Assembly (NCBI GenBank): GCA_965223005.1
Contig: CBDCVK010000005.1
Coordinates: forward strand, 211,025 to 275,024
DNA: 64,000 nucleotides
Direction of reading: 5' to 3'
DNA from: Terriglobia bacterium
Lineage (GTDB): Bacteria > Acidobacteriota > Terriglobia > JAJPHL01 > JAPKYU01
The notes below the pieces were generated by a model. That model was not told where the DNA came from. It made no database searches and saw only the letters and a list, made by a program, of their open reading frames with translations. Shown here in pieces: positions 60,301-64,000 of the stretch (the stretch's first letter is position 1; each line of letters starts with the position of its first letter). The translations under genes and the position numbers were made by a program.

Positions 60301-61510
60301 TTAGCCCGCCAGCTGGCCGATCAGCTTGAACATAGGCATGTAGAGCGCGACCACCACGCCACCGACGGTGCCGCCGAGCAAGGCAATGATGACCGGTTCC
60401 AGCAACGTGAGCATATCTGCGACGGCCGCATCCACTTCGTCCTCGTAAAAGTCGGCGATCTTTTGCAGCATGGCGTCCATGGCGCCGGTTTGCTCACCGA
60501 CGCCGATCATCTGCGTCACCATGTTGGGGAAGATCTCGCTTTCCCGGAGCGGGTCGGTGATGTTGCGGCCTTCTTCCACGGCCTTGCGCACCCCGAGGAT
60601 GGCCTTCTCGATCACTGCATTCCCTGACGTGCGGGCGGTGATGGTCAACGATTCCAGTAGCGGAACGCCGCTGGTGATCAGGGTGCCCAGCGTGCGGGTA
60701 AAGCGAGCCACGGCGATTTTGCGGAGCAGCATGCCGAAAATGGGCAACTTCAGCAGAATGCTGTCAATCGCGAAGCGGCCGCCGGGGGTGCCGTACACCT
60801 GCTTCAGGGCAAAGAAGCCGCCCACACCCAGGACCACGAACACCCAGCCAAAAGTGGCGAGGAAGTTGCTCATGCCCACAACGATTTTGGTCGGCAGCGG
60901 CAGCTCCACATTCATCGCGGCAAACATGTTGGCGAAAATGGGCACCACAAAGACCATCAGTGCGCCCACGACGATGATGGCGATGGCGATCACGGCCACC
61001 GGGTAAATGAGGGCCGACTTGACCGCGGCCTTCAGCTTGACCTCTTTCTCGACGTAACCGGCAAGCCGCTGCAAGATGGTGTCCAGGATCCCGCCGGTTT
61101 CTCCGGCTTCGATCATATTGACGTGAAGCTCGGTAAAGATTTTCGGGAACTGGCGCATGGCGTTGGCCAGAGTCGAGCCTCCCTCCACAGTTGCGCGTAT
61201 CTGCTCAAGTGCACTCTTGAAAGCCTTGTTGTCCTGGTTCGCGCCCAGAATCTCCAGGCACTGGACCAGGGGCAGGCCGGCATCAATCATCACCGAGAAC
61301 TGGCGCAAAAAAAATGGCCAACTCCTTGGAGCTGACCCCGCCCTTGGCCACCTTGGGCACGGCGAATTCCTTGCCTTTTTCCTTGATGGCGGTCGGTGTG
61401 ATCTGCTCCCTGCGGAGTAATGCCGCCAACTGGGTCTTGTTCGCGGCATTCCGTTGGCCACTGACAGCGGCCCCCGTACGCGACTTACCGGTGTACTGAT
61501 AGACAGGCAT
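60301..61510 (-). CDS. pilC: Type IV pilus platform protein PilC, frameshifted at an 8-nt homopolymer (61307-61314)
   Basis: MPVYQYTG...ELAIF in one frame; LRQFSVMIDAGLPL, GETGG, SALIYP, GEQTG, LLEP, MPMF in another. Confidence 0.9.
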
Positions 61511-61612
61511 CGTCAACCCCTCCCCACCCGCTGCCCAGGTCCGTCTGCTCCCGCGATGCGGGACCGGGCTGTTAGCAGGCAGAATTCTCTCTGTTGAACC
61601 TCCCGACTTCCC

Positions 61613-62742
61613 CTACCTCCTCAAGCCGGCTGCCGGGCCCTTCGCACCTGCTGCGCCCGGCGTACCAGCTGCCGAACCGCGGTTGATCATTTCCTGCAGC
61701 TCAGGCGCGTTGCTGGAGCGCGCCATTGCCTGATCCAGCGCGATCGCGCGTTTGAAATAAAGACTGGCTAGAGACTGGTTGAAGGTCTGCATTCCGCTCT
61801 TCTCCTGACCAATCTGCATGGCGCCATATATCTGGTGAATCTTGTCCTCACGGATCAGGTTGCGGATGGCGCTGTTGGGAACCATGATTTCCATGGCCAT
61901 GGCACGCCCCCCCCCCCGTCGGTGCGCGGCAGCAGCGTCTGGCAGAGAACGCCTTCCAGCACCAGGGAAAGCTGCGCTCGGATTTGCGGCTGCTGGTGAG
62001 CCGGGAATACGTCAATGACGCGGTTGATCGTCGAGGAGGCCGAGTTGGTATGCAGGGTCCCAAAGGTCAAGTGGCCGGTTTCGGCGATGCGCAGCGCCGA
62101 TTCCACGGTTTCCAGGTCGCGCATCTCGCCGATCAGCACCACGTCAGGGTCTTCGCGTAACGCGGCGCGCAGCGCATTGGTAAAACTCTGCGTGTCGCTG
62201 CCCACCTCCCGCTGGTTGACCAGGCAGTTCTTGTGCTGGTGCACGAACTCAATGGGGTCCTCAATGGTAATGATGTGCTCGTGGCGCTCGGTGTTGACCT
62301 TGTCCAGCATTGCCGCCAGCGTAGTGGACTTGCCGCTCCCTGTCGGGCCGGTCACCAGGATCAGCCCGCGCGGCTTCTCGCAAAGTTTGGCCACGACCGC
62401 CGGCAATTGCAGTTTGTCGAAGCCCAAGATCTCAAAGGGAATCACCCGGAAGACCGCGCCGACCGCGCCCCGCTGGTTAAACAGATTCCCCCGGAATCGG
62501 GCCAGACCTTTGATGCCGAAAGAGAAGTCCAGCTCCATGCGCTCTTCAAAGCGGTGCTTTTGGGCGTCCGTTAGGACGCTGTAGGCCAACTGCTTGGTTT
62601 CGGCCGGGGTCAGCGGTGGAAGGTCCAACGGGCTTAGATGCCCGTGCACGCGCACTTGGGGCGGACTCTGCGTCGTGACATGCAGGTCGCTCCCCGACAT
62701 CTCCAGCATTTTTTTCAAAAGGTCGCTCAGTGAGGCTGGCAT
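61613..62742 (-). CDS. pilT: Type IV pilus retraction ATPase PilT, frameshifted at an 11-nt G run (61907-61917)
   Basis: SDLH, GPTGSGKSTT, EDPIE, LREDPD, GTLHT; C-terminal AIRNLIRE and GMQT in a different frame. Confidence 0.92.
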
Positions 62743-62785
62743 TTCTCCCCCTTCCCTGCTCCGATCCTAGGAAACCCGTTCCTGC

Positions 62786-64000
62786 TCACAGAACCGTTTC
62801 CTTGACCACTTCCTCGATGGTCGTCACTCCGTCCATCACCTTGCGCAGGCCACTGCGGCGCAGCGAAATCATACCTTGCTCGATCGCCTTCCGCTTGATT
62901 TCCAGAGCCGAAGCGCCCACCAGGACCAGCTCGCGGAGGTCGTCAGTGATCTCCAGCACCTCGTACAGTCCCACGCGGCCCTTCATGCCGCGGCCGTTGC
63001 ATTGATCGCAGCCGGGGCCCTTGTTGTAAACCTTAACCGTCTTTGTCTCTTCCTGCGTAAACCCGAAATCCAGCATGGCCTGGGCAGGCAGCTCCTCCAG
63101 CACCTTGCAGCCCTTGCATAGACGGCGGATGAGGCGCTGTGCAACGATCAGATGCACCGAGGTAGCCACCAGAAAGGGCTCGATGCCCATATTCATCAGG
63201 CGGCTGATGGTGGAGGGAGCGTCGTTGGTGTGCAGCGTGGAGAGGACCATGTGGCCGGTGAGGGCCGCTTTGATAGCGATTTCCGCCGTCTCGAAATCGC
63301 GGATCTCGCCCACCAGGATGATGTTCGGGTCCTGCCGCAGGAAGCTGCGCAGGGCGCCCGCGAAGTTCAGACCAATCTGTTCTCTCATCTGCACCTGGTT
63401 GATGCCCGGGAGCTGGAACTCCACCGGGTCTTCCGCGGTCACGATGTTGGTGTCCGGCTGGTTCAGGCGCGCGATGGAGGAATACAGCGTGTTGGTCTTC
63501 CCGCTGCCGGTCGGGCCGGTCACCAAGACCATCCCGTAAGGCTTCAGGATGGCCTTCTCGAATTTGACCAGCGACTCTTGCTCGAACCCGAGCTTGGTCA
63601 TATCCAGCATCAGGTTCTCCTTGTCCAGCAGCCGCATCACGACCTTCTCGCCGAACAGGGTGGGCAGAACACTGACCCGGTAGTCGAGCTGCTTCTTCTT
63701 GCCGTCGAAAGCCATGCGCAACATGATGCGCCCGTCCTGGGGCAGCCGCTTTTCGGCGATGTCCAGCTTGGACATGATCTTGATGCGGGAGGTGATGGCG
63801 TCGCGCAGCTTCAGCGGAGGGCTCATGATGGTCATCAGGGTCCCGTCAATGCGGAACCGGACGCGGTATTCCTTCTCATACGGCTCCATGTGGATGTCGC
63901 TGGCGCCTTTCTTCACCGCTTCGGTCAGGATCACGTTGACCAGCTTGACGACCGGCGCCTCGTCGGCCGACTTCTCCAACTGGTCCATCGAGAGCTGTTC
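62786..64000 (-). CDS. pilB: Type IV pilus extension ATPase PilB (5' end outside window)
   Basis: ASDIH, RLPQDG, GPTGSGKT, EDPVE, LRQDP, STLHTND, CxxC...CxxC zinc motif. Confidence 0.95.
   Translation of the reverse strand, partial: EQLSMDQLEKSADEAPVVKLVNVILTEAVKKGASDIHMEPYEKEYRVRFRIDGTLMTIMSPPLKLRDAITSRIKIMSKLDIAEKRLPQDGRIMLRMAFDGKKKQLDYRVSVLPTLFGEKVVMRLLDKENLMLDMTKLGFEQESLVKFEKAILKPYGMVLVTGPTGSGKTNTLYSSIARLNQPDTNIVTAEDPVEFQLPGINQVQMREQIGLNFAGALRSFLRQDPNIILVGEIRDFETAEIAIKAALTGHMVLSTLHTNDAPSTISRLMNMGIEPFLVATSVHLIVAQRLIRRLCKGCKVLEELPAQAMLDFGFTQEETKTVKVYNKGPGCDQCNGRGMKGRVGLYEVLEITDDLRELVLVGASALEIKRKAIEQGMISLRRSGLRKVMDGVTTIEEVVKETVL

Overview
GC-rich bacterial chromosomal segment; gene content and order resemble Acidobacteriota (inference). 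Left arm (1-20075), mostly core genes: lon (5' end outside the window), rho, three translationally coupled TMTC-like GT-C/TPR membrane glycosyltransferases, a YfgM-like TPR protein, dGTPase, a small Zn-finger ORF, an Lrp ligand-domain protein, a four-gene Csp/RRM cluster, proline dehydrogenase, trxB, tRNA-Gln with a degenerate duplicated 3' half enclosing a lone response regulator, a DinG helicase, comEA and tRNA-Glu. Middle (about 20.1-49.3 kb), accessory catabolic and envelope genes: a PQQ-type dehydrogenase with a lanthanide-type D-x-D motif plus a dihaem cytochrome c, cyclase, CehA/McbA hydrolase, Spy/CpxP-like protein, sialidase, aminotransferase IV, SDR, orphan CpaE, DUF1553/DUF1501 pair, gluconolactonase, Tat-signal enolase-superfamily and GGT enzymes, a ThDP enzyme, SPFH, a PDZ-membrane-PP2C protein, and several gene scars. 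Right arm: a partial dcw cluster (murF-mraY-murD-ftsW-murG-murC-ftsQ), an N-truncated polX, and pilB-pilT-pilC with pilT and pilC both frameshifted in homopolymer runs. The best candidate for an undescribed system is the TMTC-like triad. No CRISPR array, rRNA, integrase or intact transposase was seen.
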